From positions 3,101,854-3,165,853 of the forward strand of contig MU053758.1 of NCBI GenBank assembly GCA_013239625.1: a stretch of 64,000 nt of DNA, read 5' to 3'. The translations under genes and the position numbers were made by a program. This stretch comes from Lama guanicoe. Lineage: Eukaryota. Positions 48,607-62,030 of the stretch are shown one piece after another (positions within the stretch are counted from its first letter, which is position 1; the number at the start of each line of letters is the position of its first letter). The notes under the pieces were generated by a model. It was not told the origin of the DNA. It saw only the letters and a list, made by a program, of their open reading frames with translations, and did not search any database.

Positions 48607-50878
48607 GTCATAGGCACACTCCCTTTTGAGGAGACAGATTCCTTTCTGAGGAGGACAGAGACCTACTCAAAGCACCCGCCCAGGAAGAGGCAGGTAAAGT
48701 TCAGAAAGTAACTGCCCAAGAACCATCTGATACTGGTACTTACTGACATTTCTGAGGCTCAGCCAGGGAGGTCTTCTGAAAGGTTCCCCGAGGCTCACAG
48801 ATTGACAGGAAACCACAACAGTGTGAAATGCAAACATAACACACCCTATCAGACACGAAGGCCGTTCTCTGTGCAGTACAATAACTTGTATCATGGAAAA
48901 GTTTGTAATGCATTTATTTCAATTCTGCATGTGTATGTGTGTATATCTTTTCCTTTTGGTGGATCGGGTGTTCTGAGGGAAAGGAGGTGAAGACTCAAAT
49001 GGGAATAACTTTTACATGTACCTCTCCCATTATAAGAACACTGATCTCCAAGGAGATTCTCTTGAATCTTCTGGATTGTTAGTCCATGGTGATGAAATCC
49101 CTAGGACAAATCTTCAATTTCTGTACCATTTAGTACCTTGCGTTGCAGCCCGGGGCTATTTTTTTCCCCCCAAGAATGATTTGTAGGAGTTGATTGAGCC
49201 CGAGGTTATAAACATAGATTTCATTGGTAAAGTGGTCTACTCTAAAACTGACTTCAGGAATTAGAAAATAAGATTCAAAAGTATGAAAAGTGCATGGGTA
49301 GATAGTAAATGCTCAACAGATGGTGGTTTTTATTATTATTAGCTGATCATGGGATTCACTTTCATGACTTTACCCTTGAGTTATACACCCTGTTGACTTT
49401 GGGATAGTTTCTGAGAAGACAACATTCCTAAAATTCCAAGTAGTAGGAAAAATAACTTCCCTTTAGTGCAGTCTACCCCAAAGATCTTTATCCAGGCAGG
49501 CTATGTGGTGGGATCCTTCAGATGATTTTAGATGGTGTGCAGATCTTTTAAATGATGTTCTTTAAAATAGTATGTATTTAAGCACAAACGATAAAATGTC
49601 CATGTTTAAGTATCTTTTTTATGACAAAAGCCAATGGTTTTGCATTTATGCTGATATAAAGTTTCCTTCTGAAATAAATTATTCAAGTGGAATAAATGAG
49701 TTGATTCAAAGAAAGCTATTAAGTAACAACAGTACAGATGGTACCCAGAAATGGTCAAAATTGTGGCAGTGGTATGCAGATGACTGAGCTTTGAGAAGTA
49801 CTGTGTGATGAATTGAATCTACCTCCTCCCCATTTTGCTACATATGAAAATATTAACCTTCCCCATTTTATAGACTTTACATTTATCAGTTTTAAAATTT
49901 TCGTGCTGGACAAGACCTTGAGATCATCCCAGAACAACCCTCCTTATTTTAAACAGGAGGTTCCTGAGGTCTAGAGATGATGCTGTTTCTTGATTAAGTG
50001 CAGTACATTCCAGAGGAACTGGGATCAGACCCTGTTGGAGAAAACATTCGTACTTCCTGGTGGTCTAGGCCACAAAAGGAGAAAGCGATAGTCCTTTATC
50101 CCCAGTTCATCAGGGGAGACATTGGAAGAAACTGTTCTGTGGCAGGATCTCAAGCAATACTTGTCTTGAAATATTTGGAGGTTCTTTCTTTGGAAGAAGG
50201 TTACATTTATTCTGTTTGACTTCAAGGTGTAGAAGCAGAACCAGCAGGGTGAGATTAGAGCAAGACAGATTTTAGCTCAAAGAGAAAAAATACTTCTTGT
50301 TAACTCAAGGAGGAATGAGCTGTCTTAAGAGAGGATAGGTTCCTCAAGACCAGAGGCATTGATTTTCGGTGACAACCCTGGAGGATGTGGGGAATGCTTT
50401 CTGTCCAAGGACTGATGGGTGCTTGAGGTGGCTGATCCAGCATCCTTGCCAGTCCTGAATGTCAAGTAGTCTGAGGTGGCCTTTCCTGCCTTTCAAAAGG
50501 CTCACCAGAGGGGCCATTATCTGCATTATAGCCTCAGTTCTATGTGAAAAGCAATTAAATCATTTGGGAATTTCCCTTCCCTACGTAACACTTCTTACTC
50601 TTGAATATATGCAAAAAATAAGGAATTTTGGTGCTAAACAGGAAAACACGTGAACACAAGCCATATACCAGCTCGTTTAACTGTTTGCCGCAATACATTA
50701 AAAAAAATCATGCTGTTAAATACGTGGTAGTTTGGGATTTGCATTTTCATCAGGGTTTTGTATGCAGTAATTATTAGGGAAGTGTATTGGTCAGTCCGGA
50801 AAATCCAAAGTTCCATCATTGCACACTCAGAGAACGGCTATTAAGAGTTTATCACTTGGACCATAAACTGCAGAATTA

Positions 50879-50952
50879 TTAGGCTGAACCAGATGAAACT
50901 GACATCTTGTAGATAAAAACTGACATTGGCAATTTCATATGGTTCAACCTAA
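50879..50952. mobile_element. MADE2-like mariner MITE
   Basis: Inverted termini ttaggctgaaccagatgaaa / tttcatatggttcaacctaa, flanked by TA on both sides. Confidence 0.8.
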
Positions 50953-52799
50953 TACTGAGATATTTATAGTTTTATCGCCATTAATACCTGTAGACATTTT
51001 TGACTAAAAGAATTTTCCCCACTGTACTGATCAAAGAAACATCACCGTAAACCACATGATAATCCAGCATGATTTCTTCTAAGAAAGCTTGGAGTTCCTT
51101 TTAGCTTGTTATTGTGCAGTGGATTTTTCATTGGTAAAGACACTAAGCCCTCTGATGTGCAAGTCATTAAGAAGGTAATTGTTGTCATTCCAGCAACGCC
51201 TGCCCAGCGGTGAAAAGCAAGATAAAACTCCTGCATTTGCTGAAACAAGGTGGGGAGACTGTGTGTGGTAGTGCTTGGGGGTGGAGGGGAATGATTTCTG
51301 AAGTGAGGATTTAACACTGTATAATCCCAGCTTCATTGCCTGTTCACACGAGAAACCAAAGCTTCGACTTAACTGCAAGCAATAGGAGTTTCAATCTGTC
51401 AGCACTAATTGTTTAAAATCCCCAACCAGTATCTCAACGGGAAGGGTCAAAATTGAAAAACGAGAGATTTAAAACTCCAGATTCTCTCTCAAATATAGTG
51501 AATCAAGTATTATATCGTTTACATAGGATGTTCATATTATCATGTTAAAATGAGCTAGCTCCTAATTAATTTTTCCTGAAAGCTCGGCTATACAGCATAC
51601 ATCATTTTCATGTACTGAAAGCCACTTAAAAAGACACACTTGTTGACAAATGGGGAAAGATACGAATGTTTGAAACTCCTGTAAGAAAACTGGGGAACTC
51701 CCATTTGTTAAAAATTAATAAAAATTTAAGCCCTCAAACTTCATGCATTCATACTAAAAATGCATTAAAAATCATAGCTACATGGAGAAGGGGACTGAAA
51801 ATAGTTCCATCTATTTTTTAGCTGAAACAGGCTCAGAGTTTGACTTGCCCATTGCCTATGGGGATATGGAAAAAAAATCAAAGGTCTTGACTATATCCCA
51901 CATTATCAAAGAAACTAGGAAACAACTCACACGGTGGTGGTTGCTACATTATTGCCCCGACAAGGAGGAATTTAATTCAGCCTTTCCCCACTGCAGTTAA
52001 AAGCTGTCAAATCCCAGCTGACTTAATTCCTTCTCTGGCCAGTTGTCCTAGCATTGTACGGGCAGGCTGGGTCTAGAAACACTGGTTTTCCCAGTGCCAT
52101 TTCCAGCTTAGCAAAGAGCTCTTCCATCCTCTTGAGACTTCAATACCAGAGTAAATAACCTGGTATCTTGATTTGGCACTGTTTCCCACCCATATTATGT
52201 AACTGCTTCCCTGCCCAGTTTTGACATAAAGTACCAAAAAGGAGATCCAGTTTTTGGGGGATGAGATTGCTCAAGTTCTTAACCCCACAACCCAGAACTG
52301 ATCAAGTGGCTTTTGATTCAGAAAACAGGAGAAAGATTCCATATATTTTTCAGAAAAACAGGTATCGAGGGGGATTTCCACCCAACTTTGTTTTCTGTCC
52401 CCCTCTCTTAGGAAGCTGAACAGAGTGGAGTCATGGTTATTATGTGCCATGAGCGCAGTAGCAGTGAATTCATTATCCATTAAGTCTTGCCCATACAGAG
52501 AAGTTATCTACGTGTAAGCAGGAACCTTTATTTATTTAGCTGTATTTTTTTCAATGCAAAAATTTTTTCTCATACGTAAATGCAGAAACTTACTTCCTTT
52601 ACTTTTGGAGTCAAGAGACCATACGTGACACAATATTGTGAGTAAACTTAATACTGCAGCCAGTTACACAGTTGGCTGAGACAGGTCCTTACCTGAAGAT
52701 GCAAATTCTTAAGAGCTGTGAGTGGGCACTCCTTACTGTCACAACAATAACAATTATATGCTTGTCTTGCATAAAAATATCTACTGCATTAAAAACACT

Positions 52800-53882
52800 G
52801 AGACTTTTTTTTCCACTTTTTTATTACATTTGGACCTTTAAGAAACATATATCATCAGATATACCACTATTCAGTAAAAATCTATTCTAGTTTTTGGAAC
52901 ACATACGTGTGACAAACTATCTTGCTTCTAGTCTCTAAGACTTTACTAAGAGTTTATCAAAAAGGTAGGCTCTGATCTGGGATCCTGAGCCTTGAGGTTT
53001 TAAATGTCTTGATTACTGTAAAACAACGTCCAGTGGATGAACTTAATTCCCAGCTGCTCTTCTAGAATGGGCTAATCATGGTGAAGTTATATACTCCATT
53101 GCAAGAATATTCAATTCCTTAAGCTTTGTGATATATTTTGTCTTTGGAAAACTTGATAAAAAAGTAATTTCCCCCCTCCCTGTACAGTAAGGATGAATTC
53201 GCCAGAACATATCCAATATTAATTATAACAAAAGGCAGTACAGATAAGCGTTTATGTGCCATGTTCACTATAAGGACTATTTCACAAGCCAGTACCTACT
53301 CTAACTACAGAGACTATTTCTGGATCAATACAATCCAAGTGTAGTTGAAGGTACACTCTCAGCACTTTAACACAACTCTTGGTATCTGACATTGAATGAA
53401 AATAAAAAGGGTTAAGTGAACAACAGATACTCACACACGATTATGCTTTCAAGAAGCTACTCTTCGTGGAAGTGAACAGGGAGGGGGACCTTCAGGGAGC
53501 GCTGATGGGGACTGGGAAGGTTTAAAGCTATGGCTTTGGTAAGCACCCGAGTGAGCTGTAGGAAGGCATTTGTAAGAGTAGATTCTGCAGCATCAAAGGA
53601 TAATTCTCTAAAAGAGGTGGGCATCTTCTCAATTAATTTAAACTGTGCGGCTTTCAGCAGTTGACGGTTAGAAACAAGATCCAAAGAAAGGAACCATCTT
53701 CACAACCGCTTAAGAAAGGTGACTGTGCCATTGGGCTCATGATGCTAAATGGTCCAAAAGCCTTTGGTGGTGTGATATGGACAAGAAAAATATTAATACA
53801 CAAACCACATAACGCCATTAAAACTCAAAAAACATTTTTTCATTTTAAAAAAGTATTTAGAACACATAAAACAAGGCAACAT
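52800..53882 (-). other. SMARCE1: SMARCE1 3'UTR, proximal form (~1.1 kb)
   Basis: AT-rich unique sequence from the stop codon to the AATAAA at 52825-52820. Confidence 0.7.
52820..52825 (-). terminator. SMARCE1: SMARCE1 polyadenylation signal AATAAA
   Basis: Minus strand GGTCCAAATGTAATAAAAAAGTGG. Further AATAAA copies at 52536-52527. Confidence 0.7.
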
Positions 53883-54140
<258 letters not shown>

Positions 54141-54155
54141 TCACTTATGCTCAGT

Positions 54156-54500
54156 CTAGAGCTGTGCTGTCTGGCGAGGTGGCCACTCACCACATCTGGC
54201 TATTAGGCACCTGAAAGGAGCTAGTGTGACCGAGGACCTCTGAGCATGTTTCAAACAATTTGGGATTTGGGGAAAAAAGAAAAAAATCTACTTTTTAACA
54301 GTAAATTTATGAAATCTAAATACTGATCAAACACTTCTATGGAAAATATAGCTTCCAAATTTAGATGTGCTATAATAAAAACACACATCAAATCTTGAAG
54401 ACATTAAAATCAATTTCAGTTGTTTTGCTTTACTTCTAAAAGATGTCGTCAGGAGGAAATCTATAATCACACAGTGACATATTTGGTTTCTCCTGGATGA
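54156..54500. mobile_element. MER33-like hAT element in SMARCE1 intron 10
   Basis: gctgtgctgtct...gtggccactcaccacatctggctatt...tagtgtgaccgagg...atttagatgtgct...aaacacacatcaaatcttgaagac. Confidence 0.6.
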
Positions 54501-55288
54501 TGCTGTTGTGAGGTGCTCTGGATTTAACGAGGGAGGAAGCAGGTGTGGAAATGATATTAGGCTGATGTTTAAGGTGCTCTGTTAAAAGTCATGCTGGGCT
54601 GTTTTCCGTAAGAACTTAAGAGCATGAGGTTTTCACTCTAATAGTCTTAGACAATTTTCTTCAGTTTTTTTTTCCTTAAGCTAAAAGAATAAAACTTCAG
54701 TAAAGACCTGTAGGCACGCTCTATTTTCACAGATGACAAAACGGAGGCAGAGAACTGAGTGTTCTAGTTGCAGGATGAGCAAAGAACCATACTCTAATTC
54801 TCAAGCTCTTGCTTTGACCACAAAACGTGTTCATGCTCCAAATTTGTTCAGATAAAAAACAAGTTCACGCAAAACAGAAAAAGGCTCAGATAATGAAACT
54901 TAAAATCTGACTATCTGAAATGTTAATCTGCTGAATTAAATTTTGTAGAAATATCTGGTAAAGAACATTATATTCCATTTCATGCTTTCCAGGTGTCAAA
55001 TGGGAAGCTGTCAGTTGAGCACCAAGTATGACTATGGTCCCTCCCATTTCTTGCAATGATGGTCCCAGGAACCTTCGGTTGTGTTTCCCGTACTTTCAGC
55101 TCAGTCCTGTTTATTACACAGTGCCCGGTGCAGGGTCAAAACAGTACCAGAAGGTAGGGTGAACCCAAAATTTCATGCAATAATCGATTTAATCAGTACT
55201 TCATGTAAGCGTTACATGTTATCTTTTGCTTTGAGGAATGCTTTTAATCAGGAAAAATCATTAGACCCAGAAGTAGGATTTTTCTAGG

Positions 55289-55436
55289 ATGGGGTCAACC
55301 AACACTTCCTGTGAAGGCTAGAGCGTAAGTCTTGGAGGTTTTGTGGGTCAGGCCGTTTCTGTTGCAACTGTTCAACTTTAGTACTAAATCAGGTGGCAGG
55401 CAGGATTTGGCCTGCAGGTTTTATCTGCCCAGCCCT
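55289..55436. mobile_element. MER58A-like hAT element
   Basis: ggggtcaaccaac..ttcctgtgaagg...ggatttggcctgcagg...ctgcccagccctg. 8-bp TSD-like (t/g)ttctagg on both flanks. Confidence 0.7.
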
Positions 55437-56023
55437 GTTCTAGGACACCACAGACGACTGATCTTGAACGATCTTGTTTAAACGATTTTAGCAGTAAAGG
55501 TTAAAATACTGAGTGCCAATACCATGTCAAATCCAATAATAAGGACTTGATGGGCATTCTTAAAAATTTATCCTTTGGAACTCACTCTTGGAGGCAGGTG
55601 CTAGAACACTTACAAATGAGGAACTGAGATTAAATAAGTTACCCAAAGTCATAGTGCTAGCAAGTGGCAAAGAAGTGTGAGACCCACGTCTGTCTGGCTC
55701 CTTAACCAGCATCCTTAACCATGAAACCATTACACTTTACATTCCCAGCCAGAGAATGACATGACTCAATCTGGACAAATAACCAAGACCTCAAACAGCA
55801 AGACTAAAGACAACACACCACTGCTGTTTTGTACCAATAGAATTTTCAGTGAATCCACTGTAAGAGATTAAGATCTGGAAAGAAATGGGTAGCTCACATG
55901 GAGAATAACTCAAGAGGCAAGACTAACAGAGTGACTTCGGAAAAGCACTGAGGAAGGAAAAGCCAGATTAAAGACAGCTGTAAAACCCTGGACATTCGCG
56001 ACCGCTGTCGGCTGGCAGGTTAC

Positions 56024-56234
56024 CTGTCTCCATGGGAATGCTCTCGTCCTCCTTCTTCTCTTCCGGCTTACTGGCCGCCTGCTCGTCCGCGGGGACAATG
56101 CCGCTCTGGCTGCGTTCAGCTTGCTCTGCTGCCTCCCTCTCCCTTTCCTCCTGCCTTTTGCGAGCCTGCTCCTCAGCCTGAGCAATTTCAGCTGCGATTT
56201 TTTCCATATCCACTTCTACTTTCAGGCCACACAG
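56024..56234 (-). CDS. SMARCE1: SMARCE1 exon 10 ([23 protein letters not shown]...IPMET)
   Basis: tactag|CTGTGT ... GAGACAG|gtaac; 211 nt; coiled-coil/acidic region. Confidence 0.97.
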
Positions 56235-56855
56235 CTAGTAGTCGGGAAACAAAAACCAGAAAAATTCTCTTAGGAGTGTGCTTTTCTTACAATCTCTGAA
56301 TCAAGAGAAGTTATTTCTAAAGTGAGTTTTCTTGGCTACGAACTAAAGACATATATATGGCAGAAAAAAATGTGGTTCTAGGTCTTCTCTGAAACGCCTG
56401 TGTCTACAGGAAACTTTGCTCTAGCAGCCACAGGGTATCACAGAGTAGCTGGCGAGGTGGAGCTCAAAGTACTGCATCACGTACAGAGCTTCTGTTTCAT
56501 GTTTCAGGCTGCCGAACACTGGGTTTACTTGTTTCAATATAAAGTGCCAACTGTGAACTACAACTAATGAAGACATCTGATGAATAAATTGCAAAAAAGT
56601 GAAAATAATTCATGATTGCCTGAGAGTTTAAATGAAAACATCAGAGGGTTCTAGAATCTAAGGCCTAGTACATATGTGTATACTACATATTTCTAACCTA
56701 TTGTATTTCTGCCAGAAAATGTAAATTGTTTTATAAAGCAGAGCTCTTACCGGTTATAGCCAAAGTGAACAACATTCCACAAAAACACTATTTTGGAAAA
56801 AAGAATGAGAAGAAAAGGTAACAGACACAGTGATAAAAGTACAGCTAACACATTA

Positions 56856-56981
<126 letters not shown>

Positions 56982-57435
56982 TCAGGATGTTTAACTACTG
57001 AATTGTTTTCTCTACAGTAAATGTCAAATTCAAACACTGAAAATGTCTCACTTTTTAGTGCTCCACACAGTCTTAGTTTGTCAAATGTTTTGAATTTTTA
57101 TTTATTACATAATGTGTCTAGCTAAGATTTTAAAAATGTAAAATGCAGCATAGAAGAATGACTGATTAGTAAGTATACGTTGAAGAACAGTTTCAGGCCT
57201 CAGCAGTTTCTTCAGGAACACATATTTAATATACCAGTAATGGCTGACAGGATGTCTCAAAATTCTTAACAGATCTACTTTCCATCAAAAGGCTCTAGGT
57301 AACAGTTTTGATGAGAAACTTATTAAACCTCTGGGAAAGGTCTACTCTGTCAAGCCTCTTCCCTGAATCAGGAACAGGTCAGACTGAACATAAATATTTA
57401 GCAGGCACACTGATGCATGGTATAGAATCAGGTCA

Positions 57436-57693
<258 letters not shown>

Positions 57694-60518
57694 TCACCAA
57701 TAACCACAATCAGGGGAGTGTAACAATGTCAACACTTAATTACTGAGGAGCCACGGCCCTCACTGGTTTGATGGGCATCAGGGAAGCGCCGGGGCCATCA
57801 TTTGATAAAAACCCTATGGAGGATACGTGCTCACTGGACAAGGTATTGGTTTCTCTCACAAATTCTTTAAGTGATGATGTGTATCTGACAAGATCTGGTT
57901 GAAACACGAGTGAGATATAACCATTTGTCTCTGGGCTAGGAGTCACTGTGAAGGCCACATGTGAGAGCAAGACGGAGATTCTGCCAAATGTTTCACTCTC
58001 TGGGCGGTAACTTAAGGCTTTTACAGCGGATGATACACAGGAACTGGGCAGTGGTCTTTGTCATTGTAGCACTTTAATGTTAAAGTAGTGAAAATGTCCA
58101 CTGCAGAGAAGACGTTCTCTCTACAATATTCAGGTTCCCAGATGGGCATATACATTTTACGAGATTAAAAAACCACTAAGGCCTTAAAAATGTTTAATTC
58201 TAAATTTCACTTCTCATTTTTATGAACACATATATACATTAGTCATCAGCGCATGAAGGTATTACATGTTGTTTTCATCCACTCAAGTTCGCATACATGT
58301 ACTATGGCTCTGGTGTATAAGCGTGTATTTAATAGCGATCACAAGCTTTCCTTAATCTCAACCTTTGCTCTGTCACCACCAGTTTTTGACATTTGCTAAC
58401 AACCTGTACTATTATTGACTTAATATTTTTATTTAAATTGACTCACTTAAAAAAAAAAAGAGCTTCCTCTTAAGCAATACATATAAAAACAGAAGTTCCT
58501 CTCTGAACCACCTAATAACCTTAGTGTCCCATCAGAGGGGAGGGACCACACCTTAGGAAACTCTACTACAAAGGCCCAAATTGTGCTGTGGTGTCACAGT
58601 TCAGTACCTCCCTTATTATTTGGTACTGTAGTTCCACACCGCTGTGAGCTGTTGTACAAATTACTTTTTGTTTCCTCTCAAGTAATTTCTTTAGGATATA
58701 TACTTCTGAAATTAGAAATATTGGAATAAAAGATACCATTAAAAAGACTGTGAGCTTTTTTCTCTTTAAGTAAGAGTCTTTCATGTTTATACTTAAGATT
58801 AGCTGTGGTACATCTGTGCGACCTCCATCTATTAGGTTATATTCTTTGTTGTTTTTTTCTTTCATTTACATGTCCCCAATGTTGACCACTGGTAGGGGAA
58901 ATAAAATCTTAGCAACTTGGGCCTGTCTTTCTTTGCACCTTGGTTGTCTATAATATTTTTGAGGGTGGCTTACATTTTCTAACTCACCACGTGTTTACTT
59001 AACCTCATGGATATTCTCTCTGAAGAATAAAGCTTTCACTGTCTCAGTGTAGGTAACTGCGTATGTCCTGTAGGTCGTTCAACAGTCTTCTCTGTTAAAG
59101 AAGTCAGCAGCCGCTGACCTCACAGACACGCTGCCCTTCTCTTGGTTTTATGTACATCTCCACCTCCCACGTCTTCCTCTTTCTATTCAGTTCTGAGGGA
59201 TGAAGTCCAAGGTTTGAAGTCATTCTTATCCTGGCACCTTAAATTATGACCTGTCCTTTCTTACTGGCAGCTATAAGATCCTATCTTAAACTTGAAAAAC
59301 ACAGTGGGCAGAAGCTTGAGAAACAGAGAAAAGGATTCTCTTTTGAAGACTGTTCCTGAGTGTGTCTTCAGTCCTTCCCAGCGTTCATGCTGTCACCTCT
59401 CACCCGGTGAGAACTGTCACTCCTGTCTACGTTACGGTGTCTATGTTTCTAGCTTCTGTTTTGACTTATTACTGACCCCCATCCTTCCAATACCTGTAGA
59501 CTGGATCTTCTGTTTTTTAGCTCTGTATGTCTCGCCTTAGCTGTCCAATTTGAGCAATTAAAAGCCTGCATATGCTGCTGTGTCTTTAGCACTGCTGATC
59601 CTGCTTAACATGCTGTACTGTTTCTGCTCCCTATATTTATTTTGAATTTATGAGAATATTTATCAATATCTCAGTCTACTCTTTTAAAAAATCATTTTTG
59701 TTTTTCTCTCCTTTTAAGTTTATCAGTTTATTCATGTCTTTAGGTGCTATTATTGCTTCTTAAAGGTATCCTCTTTAAAGTTCTTTCAGCTTTCTTTGTT
59801 ACTACTACTTTAAAATGGGATCTAAAATTATTTTGATGTTTTTCTTTCTTGTAGCTAGACCTTCCAACCTCTTCCACATCACAGCAGCACACAGAGAAAA
59901 TATTATTTGCATAACATCCTTGCTATGTGGATGACTGTACTGACAGCTAGAGGTAGCTAGCTCTGAAGCTCCCTACAACTTCAGGCCCTACTTGGCTGCA
60001 GTGAACCAGAGGTGCAAAACCACGCCTGGAAACTCTTCATGGAATGCCCATTAGGAAGCTCTGCTGGGTGTGCGTGTGGCTATAATGTGTATGTGCGCAG
60101 CCTCGTAAGTGTTATCACAAGCTGTATTTCTAAGTTCCAGTTGGCTTTCTGAATTAACTAGAATAGAAAGTTCATAATGCCTCTTTCCCACTCATTAACT
60201 TTCTCCCTTAGGAGACTTTGATTCAGCCAATTTAGGGATCCAATAAGAGAGCAGAATATAACTTGAAGGCATTTAGCTTTTTAATAGCAGCTGAAGCAAT
60301 ATTCTGTCACTAAAAAACTTTCATGTGTTCTGAGTACAAAGATTCTAATAAACAATACATAGTTTTTGCTATTTTCTGCACTAAAAAGGGTACTTCTTTT
60401 CCTTGTGGGAAACTCACATACAAATCTTAATCAAAACAACTATTCAAAATACTGAAATGACACTTTTGTTTTCCATTTAGAATAGGAAGTAAGACTTAAA
60501 GAGATTCCTCATATTTTA

Positions 60519-60752
<234 letters not shown>

Positions 60753-60984
60753 TCAGTTTTAGAGTTAACGTTTTGCAGATTACAATGAACACTTTTTTTT
60801 ATCTCATTTGAGTATCAAAAGGTATCATAATTATCTCCTTTTTACAGACAAGGAACTTGAAGGCTAGAGGAATTAAGTGACCTGACCCAAGCAGACGAAG
60901 CCTCAGCTGTCTGATTAGATCTTATGTTTCTTTTATACATAATAAGCAAATGTTGATGGATTTTACATTGCACCCATCCCACTA

Positions 60985-61155
<171 letters not shown>

Positions 61156-61949
61156 TCAGGACTGATGCCTAAAAATACAGACCTTTAATAACAACTTTTT
61201 AATATAGAAATCTTTCATTATCAGCAAAGGCAGAGGGAATAGTACCAACTCCCTATGTTCTCAGCAGCCTGCTGCAACAATTATCCCAAGTCCCCCACTG
61301 GCTTACTTTAAGGTTAGATCTCAGAAATCTCCAATCACTGGAGACACTCAATAACAGTCTATGTTTTTCTAAACATTCATGAGAATTTTGAAGGAATGTG
61401 GTCACTTTGTATCATGTAATACACCGTATTGTCAAATATATACATGATTAAGATAAAAAAATTTTAAATTCCTAAATAGCGGTGAAAATAGCTAAATGCT
61501 CTTGTCTTTAATAAATATTATCAGCTGTACTAGTTACTTTAAGAGTAATGTATGTTCATCACCAAGTAACCACTGTCTTCTAAGTTTTTTCCCCCTTCAA
61601 ACTAACATGCAGTTGCTATTATTTTAATAAAAACAAGATACTAATACACGTAGTCTTGCATCCCTTTTTTTCACTTAACATTTTCCTCATGTTATTAAAT
61701 ATTCTCCAAAAGACTACATAATATTGGCTACATAACTTAAGGTCTTAAGTATTTTAACTATTTAGTCTTGTTCTCATTGCATTTTAGTTCTGGAATTCTG
61801 AAATCAGAACTAATTTTTTTAAAAACTGTAATTCTTTATCTGTTCCTCTGACTATGCACAAAAAGGCTGGCTACGCCACTGTGAAATGTGATGTAGAGCA
61901 AAGAGCAAAGACGGCAGTCCTCACTCCTTCCTGGCTCCTGGGCACCTAC

Positions 61950-62030
61950 CTTTCTGCTGTACCTCATGTAGGGCATCAGCGGCTTATCTGGTGGCTTTGG
62001 GGGTTTTGGAATCGTAATACCAGAGGACGC
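61950..62030 (-). CDS. SMARCE1: SMARCE1 exon 5 ([27 protein letters not shown], start of HMG box)
   Basis: ttttgtag|GCGTCC ... AGAAAG|gtagg; 81 nt. No upstream exon was found within the window. Confidence 0.97.

Noticed and set aside
50566..52379. Isolated perfect kB 10-mers at 50566-50575 and 52370-52379
   Set aside because: Several single matches are expected by chance in 64 kb, and they have no supporting cluster.
57871..57888. TGATGA...CTGA resembling snoRNA C/D boxes in SMARCE1 intron 7
   Set aside because: The boxes are only a few nt apart and on the strand opposite to the host transcript.
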